Of a stretch of DNA of 64,000 nucleotides, positions 54,701 through 63,499 are shown one piece after another. Source of the stretch: Mobula hypostoma (lineage: Eukaryota). Position 1 is the stretch's first letter, and each line of letters begins with the position of its first letter. The translations under genes were made by a program, and so were the position numbers. The notes beneath the pieces were generated by a model. The model saw only the letters and a list, made by a program, of their open reading frames with translations. It searched no databases and had not been told where the DNA came from. The stretch is taken from contig NC_086108.1 of assembly GCF_963921235.1 (NCBI RefSeq), forward strand, positions 82,400,001 through 82,464,000. Reading direction: 5' to 3'.

Positions 54701-56683
54701 TCCCCCTCCTGTCTTCTCCTATCATTTTGGATCTCCCCCTCCCCCTCCAACTTTCAAACCCCTTACTCACTCTTCCTTCAGTTAGTCCTGACGAAGGGTC
54801 TTGGCCTGAAACGTCGACTGCACCTCTTCCTAGAGATGCTGCCTGGCCTGCTGCGTTCACCAGCAACCTTGCTGTGTGTTGCTTGTAGGAAAAGGAGTTT
54901 TCAGCAGGTCCTGTCAAAAACTAGCAAGGATATTGTTCTGGCCCTATTTGTCCCAGTGCCTGTTTGAGAAGTTGCTCAGTAAGTGAATATTTGAACTTAC
55001 ACACTAATTACTGGTGTGAACAACTTGGTCCCTCGGGTCTGCTGGGTCATAAGATAATGATCGATCTGATGTAATCACCTTTCTCTGCATTACTAATCAG
55101 GCATCTATTTATTGTACCTCCGTCTTAAGAATATTCAAAGGCAGTTTTATCTGTCATTTGAGGAAGAGGAAAACTCAGAATCCAAGGAGCAGAAATTCCC
55201 CTTCGTTAATGTCTTTGAATAAGCGACCTATTATTTTTAAATATTAATCTCTCCCTGTAAATGTTCCCATTAGATGAAACATGATAGACCACTCAGAATT
55301 AATGTTTCAATCTAGTTATCTCTAATTTTTCTAAGTTCTAGTAGATACAAACCTAACCTGTCCAACATTTCCTCATAAGGCACTCATCTATTTTAGACTT
55401 CAATTTCAACTGGTTCCAATACATTTAAACCCTTCCTTAAATAAGGAGATTAATACTGTACACAGTACTCCATTTGTGGTCTCCCCAGTGGCGTATCTGT
55501 ATTTGATTCCTCTCACAATATACAATAAAGTTTTGTCAGCCTTCTCAGTAAGTGAATCTACAATGGAGCCTTTTGTAAATCTTGCACTAGGTCATCCTCT
55601 GCTCAGCGGTATTTCACTTTCAAATAGTATGTTTCTCTTTCATTTTCTTTCCTCTACTCAAAGCTGGATAAGCACAGTACATGAGAAGTAAAGAATTAGA
55701 AAGTTTTGTTGAACAGGGGAATTAGTGGATAAATACGAGAACTACGAGTTGAATGGCATCAGTAAACAATCTACAGGAGGAACCTACCAGGTTCTGTGGG
55801 TGGAGAGAAGGAAGAAATTGTCAACATTTTGGGTTGAAACTTGGCATTAGGGTTGACAGAGGAGAGGAAAGATGGCTGGTATAAAGATGAAATGGGCATG
55901 GCTAAGACAGGAGTCAGTGAGCGATTGATGTACCAAGGAGGTGAAGGATGATGGGTAGATGGAGAGTTGGGAGACAGAGGAAGGTGATGATAAATGAAGG
56001 CAAGGGAGTTCCAAGGGTGATGAACAGAAACATAAACACTACCTGTGCTGGTATTGAATAATTAAGATGATAATGGTAACTGTGAGGGGAAAGGTGAAGG
56101 TCCGATGGAACCAATATCAGAACCAGATAGGGGAGGGGCTGGTATTGCCAGTGGGCAAAATGTGTGGGTAATAGGTGGAGGGAACCAGGAAAAGGAGGGC
56201 GGATGAAAATGGTTGGTGGGGGATCTGGAGGAGGTTGTAGGAAAAGCGACAACAATGGGAGGATCAAAGGAGGGTCAGGGGACTGGGATGAAAACACACC
56301 AGAGAGGAAGGTTACCTGAAGGAGATGCATGTGAATTGTTGCCTCAAATAAATGACAGGTTAGGATAGAAATAAGATGCAACAATGGGAAGTAAATATGT
56401 TGCACCATTTTGATAATTATCAATGTAGCCTTCAGAGGAATCAAAAAAGTAGATTCCAGGGAAGGTATACCAACAGTTCTAAATTACTTACGTGTGAATT
56501 TCAGTGTAGGATCTTGTATCACCTCTCCCTAATAGCTTTGATTTCCATATATTTCAGGCTGTGGCAGGAGGTGTTGATCTTCCTTTAGCTGTGCAGTGTG
56601 TGGCCCTGCCCTGGCAAGATGAACTCTGTCTTCGTTTCATGAAGGAGGTGGAAAGACTCGTCAAGTTAAAGAAGATTATCTAA
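11..56683 (+). CDS. faah: FAAH-like / VDHAP-like amidase-signature gene, copy 1 (15 coding exons, 1710 nt incl. stop; true start unresolved)
   Basis: Manual splicing of 11-166, 4126-4242, 9592-9732, 14952-15085, 21130-21336, 24020-24060, 29346-29470, 33087-33212, 33877-33974, 36692-36791, 42618-42661, 46088-46127, 47677-47785, 50118-50263, 56558-56683. All introns are GT..AG, phases are compatible and there is no internal stop. Motifs: GIPISIKE (Lys), GGSSGGE (cis-Ser), GTDVGGSIR (nucleophile Ser). FAAH1 versus VDHAP orthology is not resolved. Confidence 0.93.
2220..2707. mobile_element. Mariner-derived non-autonomous foldback element (MITE-like)
   Basis: TIR AGGGGTGATTGATAAGTT.. / ..TTATCAATCACCCCT with TA flanks. 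Both arms encode a mariner transposase C-terminus ([19 protein letters not shown][GDYVEK]). Confidence 0.85.
3085..3400 (+). mobile_element. tRNA-derived V-SINE (HE1-like)
   Basis: A/B-box-like head then V-domain-like gtgtttcctccaggtgtttcagttccctcccaca. Related copies at about 1690-1960(-), 5368-5650(-), 19010-19290(-), 34610-34870(-), 47240-47560(+). Confidence 0.7.
4126..4242 (+). CDS. FAAH-like exon 2
   Basis: ttttctctctag|[39 protein letters not shown]|gtaaga; phase 0/0. Confidence 0.9.
4687..5680 (+). mobile_element. 5'-truncated Penelope-like element with inverted copy of its 3' end; V-SINE inserted at about 5368-5650
   Basis: GIY-YIG tail sequence (gaggagcaacacctcatattccgtctggg), CT-rich UTR, ctgatga...gaaa motif; 4687-4760 is the reverse complement of the 3' terminus. 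Confidence 0.75.
6190..8760 (+). mobile_element. Degenerate RTE-clade LINE inserted in a CR1 fragment
   Basis: ORF pieces [41 protein letters not shown]-terminal CPHC. CR1 sequence on both sides (about 6000-6170 and 8760-9330). Confidence 0.85.
6858..7158 (+). mobile_element. V-SINE nested in the RTE
   Basis: tRNA-like head (ggagttcaattcc), V-domain, aaataaataaat tail; interrupts the RTE ORF. Confidence 0.75.
9592..9732 (+). CDS. FAAH-like exon 3 (catalytic Lys)
   Basis: cag|[14 protein letters not shown]...[17 protein letters not shown]|gt. Confidence 0.95.
10830..11155 (-). mobile_element. Old DeuSINE (SacSINE1/AmnSINE1-like)
   Basis: Reverse complement contains cctagccaatattaactcgtcaatcaacattgctaaagcaga, which resembles the Deu domain as I recall it. 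Related pieces at about 3740-3990(+), 45180-45480(-), 53630-53860(-). Confidence 0.6.
12305..12650 (-). mobile_element. CR1 LINE 3' fragment
   Basis: [23 protein letters not shown]-terminus and CR1 3' UTR. Confidence 0.8.
12720..14075 (+). mobile_element. CR1 3' fragments, younger copy (about 12965-13515) nested in an older copy
   Basis: [15 protein letters not shown]-type C-terminus present twice; the older copy resumes after the younger tail. Confidence 0.7.
14160..14797 (+). mobile_element. Penelope-like element fragment (GIY-YIG region)
   Basis: [36 protein letters not shown]. Confidence 0.85.
14952..15085 (+). CDS. FAAH-like exon 4
   Basis: ttacag|[44 protein letters not shown](S)|gtact; 134 nt. 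Confidence 0.95.
15304..18754 (-). mobile_element. Full-length hAT transposon (Tip100/ZMYM1-like)
   Basis: TIRs CATAGGCGGCCTTA / TAAGGCTGCCTATG; perfect 8-bp TSD GTGGGTTG (15296-15303, 18755-18762); subterminal GGGGCCC repeats. Confidence 0.95.
15950..18510 (-). pseudogene. Disrupted hAT transposase
   Basis: Split into ORFs 17686-18510, 16853-17281, 16468-16917, 15950-16468. Motifs: TTF-type zinc finger (WLVYS..IFCFCC), [29 protein letters not shown] dimerisation motif. Several frameshifts and stops. Confidence 0.92.
21130..21336 (+). CDS. FAAH-like exon 5 (amidase signature, both catalytic Ser)
   Basis: [14 protein letters not shown]...[13 protein letters not shown]...[25 protein letters not shown]; cag|...|gtgaga; 207 nt. 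Confidence 0.97.
23230..23653 (-). mobile_element. RTE/BovB-partner SINE-like element with (GAT)n tail, copy A (inserted in a CR1 fragment)
   Basis: Reverse complement has a Bov-A/Sauria-like gcaatggcaaaccac motif and a gatgatgat tail; second copy at 43215-43600. Confidence 0.65.
24020..24060 (+). CDS. FAAH-like exon 6
   Basis: gcag|(S)[13 protein letters not shown]|gtgagt; 41 nt; keeps frame between exons 5 and 7. Confidence 0.88.
26711..29130 (-). mobile_element. 5'-truncated CR1 LINE (RT and C-terminus), interrupted by a DNA element
   Basis: [51 protein letters not shown]. Confidence 0.92.
27314..27948. mobile_element. Non-autonomous TIR DNA transposon with 6-bp TSD
   Basis: TIR CAGACATCCCACC / GGTGGGATGTCTG; TAGTTG duplicated at 27308-27313 and 27949-27954; removing it restores CR1 continuity; internal (CT)n tract at about 27660-27845. 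Confidence 0.88.
29346..29470 (+). CDS. FAAH-like exon 7
   Basis: tctag|[41 protein letters not shown]|gtaac; 125 nt. Confidence 0.95.
30135..32981 (+). mobile_element. Near-complete young Penelope-like element (RT + GIY-YIG)
   Basis: ORFs 30198-30794 and 30816-32555 are joined by frameshifts near PADK. Motifs: [53 protein letters not shown]-rich 3' UTR with hammerhead-like motif. Confidence 0.95.
30816..32555 (+). pseudogene. Penelope-like RT/GIY-YIG endonuclease ORF (579 codons open, N-terminus frameshifted)
   Basis: RT YIDD motif and GIY-YIG domain with CxxC motifs in a single open frame. Confidence 0.9.
33087..33212 (+). CDS. FAAH-like exon 8
   Basis: gaag|[42 protein letters not shown]|gtgtgt; 126 nt. 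Confidence 0.93.
33877..33974 (+). CDS. FAAH-like exon 9
   Basis: ttccag|[32 protein letters not shown]|gtaggt; 98 nt. Confidence 0.92.
36692..36791 (+). CDS. FAAH-like exon 10
   Basis: ttctag|[33 protein letters not shown]|gtaagt; 100 nt. Confidence 0.93.
38476..38900 (-). mobile_element. Rex1/Babar LINE 3' fragment
   Basis: [39 protein letters not shown] and (AATCT)n tail. Related pieces at about 19650-20060(-), 40560-41990(+), 61540-62000(+). Confidence 0.8.
39170..40548 (-). mobile_element. Penelope-like element fragment
   Basis: [29 protein letters not shown] on the minus strand; hammerhead-like 3' motif at 39230-39264. Confidence 0.85.
41004..41864 (+). mobile_element. Solo LTR (Gypsy-like, 861 bp)
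   Basis: TGTGACG...CGTAACA ends; 4-bp TSD AGTA (41000-41003, 41865-41868); TATA-like GATAAAA at about 41232; AATAAA 41776-41781; interrupts a Rex-Babar tail. Confidence 0.88.
42618..42661 (+). CDS. FAAH-like exon 11
   Basis: tttttgcag|[14 protein letters not shown](G)|gtgagt; 44 nt, phase 0/2. Confidence 0.85.
43215..43600 (-). mobile_element. RTE/BovB-partner SINE-like element, copy B
   Basis: Colinear with 23230-23653 and shares the same 5' end GGGTGGC. Confidence 0.65.
43870..44542 (+). mobile_element. GC-rich non-autonomous retroelement with (AATCT)-type tail
   Basis: Starts GAGAAGATGGCG, CpG-rich body, ends gacaataaac-GAGGAC tgagt GTCCTC-ataatctaaaatctaaa; no coding homology seen. Confidence 0.55.
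46088..46127 (+). CDS. FAAH-like exon 12
   Basis: tttgtag|[13 protein letters not shown]|gtgagg; 40 nt. Confidence 0.9.
46226..46508 (-). mobile_element. tRNA-derived CORE-like SINE
   Basis: Reverse complement: gtggccaagtggttaagg (A box), gttcgagcc (B box), gtgtccttgagcaaggcacttaacc. Confidence 0.7.
47677..47785 (+). CDS. FAAH-like exon 13
   Basis: ctctag|[36 protein letters not shown]|gtgagg; 109 nt. Confidence 0.94.
48915..49962 (+). mobile_element. Penelope-like element 3' fragment
   Basis: [27 protein letters not shown] remnants, 3' terminal repeat. Confidence 0.85.
50118..50263 (+). CDS. FAAH-like exon 14
   Basis: tttttag|[48 protein letters not shown]|gtcagt; 146 nt. Confidence 0.95.
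52310..52740 (-). mobile_element. CR1 3' fragment (tail at about 51200-51400; split by another insertion at about 51400-52305)
   Basis: [22 protein letters not shown]. Confidence 0.75.
54217..54885 (+). mobile_element. Young 5'-truncated Penelope-like copy
   Basis: Nearly identical to about 32282-32945. Confidence 0.9.
54784..54819 (+). ncRNA. Minimal type I hammerhead ribozyme motif (Penelope-associated)
   Basis: AGTC-CTGACGA-A-GGGT CTTG GCCT-GAAA-CGTC-GACT: stem I AGTC/GACT, CUGANGA and GAAA cores, GUC triplet. Minimal hammerheads are established in Penelope-like elements. Confidence 0.75.
56558..56683 (+). CDS. FAAH-like exon 15 (terminal)
   Basis: tttcag|[44 protein letters not shown]. 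Confidence 0.95.
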   Translation, partial: AVAGGVDLPLAVQCVALPWQDELCLRFMKEVERLVKLKKII

Positions 56684-56947
56684 CCACTTCTGGAAGAGTA
56701 CAATAATTTGTAGAATACTCTAAGTTACATATAGAGCAAGCTTTCTTCTGAGATGATTTTAAAGTTATTTAGTGTCAATGAGCCAGCTCTTCCATTTACA
56801 ATTGCACTTCCACTATTAGGACATTTGTGTGAATGATGTTGGGGAATTATCTGCTTAAAGTCAACTCAGCAGCTTCTCACAATCAATATTTTTTGGATGA
56901 TAATGTAGCACTTAGTATTTAAACAAAGTAATTTCAGAAGTATACCA

Positions 56948-56953
56948 AATAAA
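56948..56953 (+). terminator. Probable polyadenylation signal of copy 1
   Basis: AATAAA about 265 nt after the stop, followed by a GT/T-rich tract (gtgaatgtttggttttt). Confidence 0.65.
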
Positions 56954-57057
56954 AATATTCAAATTGAAATAGTGAATGTTTGGTTTTTCAGAGTGTTAAT
57001 GATGGAACTACAAAGAAATTCCTGGGTAATGCAAGCCTATTTTTTTTCCACAATGTA

Positions 57058-60000
57058 CTGGAAGAGCCCAACAGGTCAGGCAGCATCCATGGAAAGGAAT
57101 AAACAGTCGATGTTTTGGGCTGAGATGCTTCATCAGGACTGGAAAGGAAGGGGAATAAGTCAGAATAAGAAGGTGGGGGTTGGGGAGGAAGAAGTGCAAG
57201 GTGGCAGGTAACAGATGTATCTGGGAGAGGGGCAGGGGGTGAAGTTAAGAGCTGGAAAGTTGATTGGTGGAACAGATAAAGGGCTGGAGAAGGGGAAATC
57301 TTATAGTTAAGGGGGACTCTTCAAGTTACAGCTGGAAATAGAAAGGGCGTCTCAGAAGGAAAATGTCAAGATAATTCTGGGAGATTTTAATATGAAAGTG
57401 GATTGGGAAAGTCAGAAAGGTACTAGATCTCAGGAGAGGGAGTTTGTAGAATGCCTACGGGATGGCTTTTTGGAGCAGCTTGTCCATAAGCCCACCAGGG
57501 GACCGGCTGTTTTGGATTGGGTGCTGTGTAATGAACCTGAGGCGATTAGGGAGCTGGAGGTAAAGGAACCCCTTGGAAGTAATGATTATAATATGATTGA
57601 GTTCAGTTTCAAATTTGAAAAGGAAAAGCTGGTATCAGGTGTATCGATATTTCAGTGGAACAAAGGAAATTACAGAGGTATGAGAGAGGAACTGGCCTAA
57701 GTCAATTGGAAAAGTAAGCTAGATGGAGGGATGGTACAGCGGAATTGGATGAAATTCCTACAAGAAATAAGGAAAGTGCAGGAAAAATATATTCCAAGAA
57801 AAAAGAAAATCATGAATGGAAAAATAGCACAAATGTGCTAATGAGAGAGTTTAAGGCTAAAATAAAAGCAAAAGAGTACAAGGAAGCAAAAATTAGTGGG
57901 AAAACTGAGGACAGGACAATTTTAAAAAACCTACAGAAGGAAACTAAGGAAGTCATTAGGAAAGAAGAGATGAATTATGAAAGAAGTTGGCAATTAACAT
58001 AAAAAAGGATACTAAGAGTTTTAAAAAATATATGAAGAGTAAAAGAGTGACACGGGTAGATATAGGATCAATTGAAAATGATGCTACAGAAATTATAATG
58101 GGTAACAAAGAGATGGCAGAGGAACTAAATGAGTATTTTGCATCAGTCTTCACAGTGGAAGATATTAGCAACATACCTGATAGCCAGAGGTCTCAGGGAA
58201 TAGAATTAGGTACAGTCAAGATTACTAGAGAGAAAGTGCTTGGGAAGCTAAGTGGACTAAGAATAGATAAGTCTCCTGGACCGGATGAAGTGCACCCACG
58301 GATTCTGAAGGAGGTGGCTTTGGAGATTGTGGAGGCATTGGAAATGATCTTTCAGGAATCAATAGCTCTGGCATGGTTCGGGAGGACTGGAAGGTTGCAA
58401 ATATAGTTCCGCTGTTTAAGAAAGGAGGGAGGCAGCAAAAATGAAATACCTCGAGGTAAGATAGGCCCAAGCCAGCATGGTTTCATGAAGGGAAGATCCT
58501 GCCTCACCAACCTATTGGAATTTTTTGAGGTAACCTCAAATAAGATTGACAAGGGAGAGGCTGTGGATGTTGTGTATTTGGATTTTCAAAAGGCCTTCGA
58601 TAAGGTGCTGCATAAGAGGCTGCTTAATAAGATGAGAGCCCATGGAATTATAGGAAAGATATTGGAATGGGTGAAGCATTGGCAGATAGGCAGAAAGCAA
58701 AGAGGGGAATAAAGGGATCCTATTCTGATTGGTTACCGGTTACTAGTGGTGTTCCGCAGGGGTTGCTGTTGGGGCCGCTTCTTTTCACAATGTATATCGA
58801 TGACTTAGATTATGAATTAAATTGTTTTGTGGCTAAGTTTGCAGATGACACCAAGATAGGTGGAGGAGCAGGAAGTGTTGAATAAACGGAAAGGCTGCAG
58901 AGAGACTTGGTCAGTTTAGGAGAGTGGGCAAAGAAATGGCAGATGAGATGCAGTGTTGAGAAATGTATGGTTGTGCATTTTGGAAGAAGAAATAATCGAG
59001 CTGATTATTATTTAGATGGGGAGAAAATTCAAAAATCTGAAGTGCAAAGGGACTTGGGGGCCCTCGTGCAGGATACCCTAAAGGTTAACCACCAAGTTGG
59101 ATTGGCAGTAAGGAAAGCGAATAGTATGTTGGCATTCATTTCAAGAGGAAAAGTGTATAAGAGTAAGGAGGTGCTGATGAGGCTCTATGGGGCATTAGTG
59201 AGACCTCATTTGGAATACTGTGTGCAGTTTTGGGCCCCCTACCTTAGAAGGAATGTACTGATGTTGGAGAGAGTTCAGAGAAGATTCATGAGGATGATTC
59301 CTGGAATGCAGGGGCTAACATATGAGGAGCGTTTGTCGGCTCTTGGACTGTACTCATTAGAGTATAGAAGAATGAGAGGGGATCTCATAGAAACATTTCG
59401 AATGTTGAAAGGGTTGGACAGAGTAGATGTGGAAAGGCTGTTTCTCTTGGTGGGTGAGTCCAGGACAAGAGGCCACAGACTTAGAATTAGAGGGTACCCA
59501 TTTAAAACAGAGATGAGGAGAAATTTTTTTAGCCAGAGGGTCATGGATTTATGGAATTGGTTCCCACATACAGCTGTGGAGGCCCGATCATTGAGGGTGT
59601 TTGAGGAGGAGATCGATAGGTATCTAATTAGTTAGGGTGTCAAGGGATATGGGGAAAAAGCTGGAACTTGGAACTAGATGGGAGAATATTTTAGCTCATG
59701 GTGGAGTGGCAGAGCAGACTCGATGGGCCGAATGGCCTACTTCTGCTTCTTTGGCTTGTAATCTTGTGATAGGAGAGGACAGAAGAAAATGGAAATAAGG
59801 GAAGGGGGAGGTGATGGGAAGGTAAGAAGAGACGGCGTGAGAGAGAATCAAAAATGGGGAATGGTGAAGAAGCTGGGGTGGGGGGCGGGCAATTACCAGA
59901 CGCTTGAGAAATTGATGTTCGTGCTATTAGGATGGAGGCTACCCAAACAGAATATAAGGTATTGCCCCTCCAACCTGAGTGTGGCCTCTTTGAGGCAGTA

Positions 60001-60950
60001 CAGGAGACCATGGACTGATAAGTCAGAATGGGAATGGGAAGTAGAATTGAAATGGGTGCCACTGGGAAATCTCACTTTTTGTAGTGGACAGAGTGAAAGA
60101 GCTTGACAAAGTGATCTTCCAATCTATGTGGGGTCTCACCGATATACAGGAGGCCACACTGGGAACACCGGATACAGTAGATGACCTCAACAGACCCACA
60201 AGTGAACTCTTGCCTCACCTGGAAGGACTGTTTGGGGCCCTGAAGGTAGTAAGGGAGAAGGTATAGGGGCAGGTGTGGCACTTGTTCTGCTTGCAAGGGT
60301 AAGGACCAGGAGGGAGATCAGTGGGGAGGGACGAATGGAGAAGGGAGTCCCATAGGGAGCGATCCCTCTGGAAAGCGAAAAGAGGGGAGGAGGAAAGATG
60401 TGTTTGGTGGTGAGATCCTGTTGGAGATGGCGGAAGTTATGAAGGATTTTGTGCTAGATGTGGAGGTTGGTGGGATGATAGGTGAGGGCAAGAGGAACCC
60501 TATCTCTGGTGGGGTGGTGGGAGGATGAGGTGAGAACAGCTGTGCACAAAATGGAAGAGATGCTGGTGAGGGCAGCATTGACAGTGGAAGAAGAGGAGCC
60601 CCTTTCTTTGAAGAAGGAGGACATCTCAGTTGTTCTGGAATGAAAAGCCTGTGAACAGATGTGGCAGAGACGGAGGAACTAAGAAATGGGAATGGTATTT
60701 TTACAAGTAACAGTGTGGGAAGAGGTGTAGTCAAAGTAGCTGTGACAGTCAGTGGGTTTATAAAAGAGATCAGTATATAGACTATCTCCAGGGATGGAGA
60801 CAGAAAGATCAAGAAAGGGGAGAGAAGTGTCATAAATGGACCAAGTAAATTTGAGGGCAGGCTGAAAGTTGGATCCAAAGTTGACGAAATTGATAAGCTC
60901 AGCATGGGTGCACCAATGCAGTCATCGATGTAGTGTAGAAAGAGTTGGGT
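57058..60950 (-). mobile_element. Penelope-like element split by the CR1 (parts about 57058-57302 and 59767-60950)
   Basis: [11 protein letters not shown] and LLYIGET on the minus strand; the 3' UTR continues across the CR1 insertion; hammerhead-like motif at 57105-57140. Confidence 0.8.
57303..59767 (+). mobile_element. CR1 LINE (end of APE domain through RT and 3' UTR), disrupted
   Basis: [59 protein letters not shown]. Confidence 0.92.
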
Positions 60951-62261
60951 ATAATATTTCCTTGGTAAGCTCATCAATTAATTGGTCATTCTAAATTATC
61001 CCATGATTAGGCTAGGATTAAAACCCGTGGGTGGGGGGGTAGAGGGGGAAGGGGCTGATTGCTGGGCAGCATGGATCAAAGGGCCAGAATGGCCTATTCT
61101 GCACTACTTCTCAACAAAAAAATAAATAAATTCGCATCAGTATAGGTCCAGGCCATGATGCAACCAGTCAGGAAAGTTTATACAGCATATCTGTAGAAGT
61201 TTATTACAGTATTTGGATAACAGTGTGAGGTCTGCACCTACTGCGTTCCTCACACTCACAGAAGAACATCATTACCGTGTTCTCGATCGTGCACTGGACA
61301 TAGACATTTTTCAAACTTGCCCGGCAGCTTCTGGTGCCAGGGTATAATTTGTACAGAAGACCACGGCAGAATGAGTAGTATTAGTGAATCAGGCAAGTAC
61401 CTCTCCAATATCATCTGGACTTATGCCTTGTAGATGATAGGAAGATCTGCAGAGGGAACTGGCCATGAACTGCTTTATTACTTTAGAAGGGGAATGCACT
61501 ATAGACTTTAACTACAAACCATACTAATGGAAGAATAGATGGAGTACAGTACCATGAAGACATGCCAAGGCCCCTGTTTTCTTAGAAGCTCTATGAGATT
61601 TGGCACCTTTCCAAATCCTCTAATAAAATTCTACAGATGCACCGTTGAAAATATCCTAAGTCAATGTATCACGGCCTTATCCATTACAGGTACAGCCTTC
61701 TACAGCGTCTACAGGAAGTATTTCTATCATCAAAGATCCCCACTATCTAAATCATGTCCTATTCTCACCGCTACAGTCAGACAGGTGGCACAGAAACTTC
61801 ATGTTCCATAACATCATGTTTAGGGACAGCTACTTTCCTACAATTATGTTCTTGAACAAACCTGCACGTCCCCAATTCTACCTCAGCAATTGAATATTAC
61901 ATTTCACCTCCAGCACTACTGTGAAGTTCTTTCTGATAGTCTCTTATTTTTTATGAACGTCAGGTTTTTGCATAGTATTTTTTCTTTCACTCTTCCAGTA
62001 TTTGATAATTTACATATACGAAGTGTTGCATTTACCTACTTGCCTGTGATATTGCTGCAAGTTCTTTCTTTGCACCTGTACCCAGATTGTGCACCTGACC
62101 ATAGACAGGGATAATGAGACTGCTGTGATAAACCTCTGTGGCAAAACTTTATGCATAAAATGATTGACCTCAAACAACAAAAAGCATCTTCTTTTGCTCT
62201 GGGAATGATGCCAACTAGTGGTTGTACACTGCTTCGCCTAACCTTTTCATAGTAATCCTCG

Positions 62262-62350
62262 ATGGATTGGATTATTTGCACTCCAATCCATTCTTCTGTC
62301 ATAATCCATGCCTGGTTTTAGAGCAGCTGTGTTTGTTTCATATATATATG
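62262..62350 (+). promoter_or_regulatory. Putative proximal promoter of copy 2
   Basis: Inverted CCAAT boxes (ATGGATTGGA 62262-62271 / TCCAATCCAT 62282-62291) and TATATATA at about 62341-62348, roughly 60 nt upstream of the ATG; CpG-richer sequence downstream. Confidence 0.5.
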
Positions 62351-62402
62351 ACCGCCGCTGGAAAGCTTTCGCTGGTTTGCATCTCTGTTCAGTCTGAGGA
62401 CT

Positions 62403-62612
62403 ATGCTCACAATGTCTTGGACGCGGGATGAGCTCCTTAATCCTCACGTTTATCAAACTGTTATTGGCTCGGTTTGCGGTGGGGCTGCATTGCTTCTACT
62501 ATGGAGATGGATGGAAAGGAGGAACTGTCAGGCAGTGTTACGGAAAGCCCGTTTAAGAAGAGAAAAAGCCTTGAGAGAAATGGAGAGAGCCGTGTTGAAC
62601 TTTGAACAGTCG
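62403..62612 (+). CDS. Exon 1 of a second, tandem FAAH/VDHAP-like gene (rest lies beyond the window)
   Basis: MLTMSWTRDELLNPHVYQTVIGSVCGGAALLLLWRWMERRNCQAVLRKARLRREKALREMERAVLNFEQS|gtaagt. Hydrophobic anchor plus basic helix, phase-0 donor, homologous to exon 11-166. The start could be the Met at 62412. Confidence 0.85.
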
Positions 62613-63499
62613 GTAAGTTTTGAAAATATGGGGCAAGCGGACCAGCGGACGTGGTGGCAAAAATATATTAAGTATCCATAGGGCGCTGGTGATGTGTTCC
62701 GTCGCAGAACCGGGTTAATGAACACGGCAGCGCCTGCGTTGGTTTTGAGCGTTATTTTTGTCTAGGCCCGCTACCATTTGTAGCTTCTGGTTGTCACTGT
62801 GATTGATTCAGAGCTGGGGTGATAGAAATTCTGTTTAAATTACTAAATCTGCATAACAACCGGAGGTTTGGGTTACTGAAAGAGGAAGTAAGATTAATTT
62901 TATTTTTAAGAAAAATAAACTGTTTATATAAAAGAAATACAAAACGTGCACGCCTTTTGTTACGTTGATAGAGTTTTCGTTTGTAATACATGTGAAAGTA
63001 TTCTGCGTACGGAGCACCACTGCCCCGCATGGGACCCTCAACGAGCGATTGGGACTGGCGTGGCCCCGTAGAGTCTAGTAACGGGAGAATCTCGCTGTTC
63101 TCTCCCGGAAAGGCTTTGCGTTGGCGACACGTACGGCTGCTTCATCCTTCAGCACGTACGGCTGTAACTTGGAATGTGCGAGTTGACAGAATTCTCTTGT
63201 GAATATCTCATTGTACTGGAAGTCAAATGGGCAGACCAAAGTGCACCCTTCACCAGAACGAAGGTCTTCCAGCAGAGTTTGTCCCGGTGTACATACCTGG
63301 GAACAACTCTCGAAGACTCTTGTTTTTCAGCAGCGAGCCGGGAAATATAATCTAATATAGCTGGATGAATAGCTACCCGATTGGTTGTTTAAGCACCACC
63401 CAGAGCAAAAAAAAACAGGAAAATAAGACAGGAAATTTCAATGTTTCTACATGACGGTTGGAACAAAGTGGTGATTATATATACATATGGTAAGATGAG

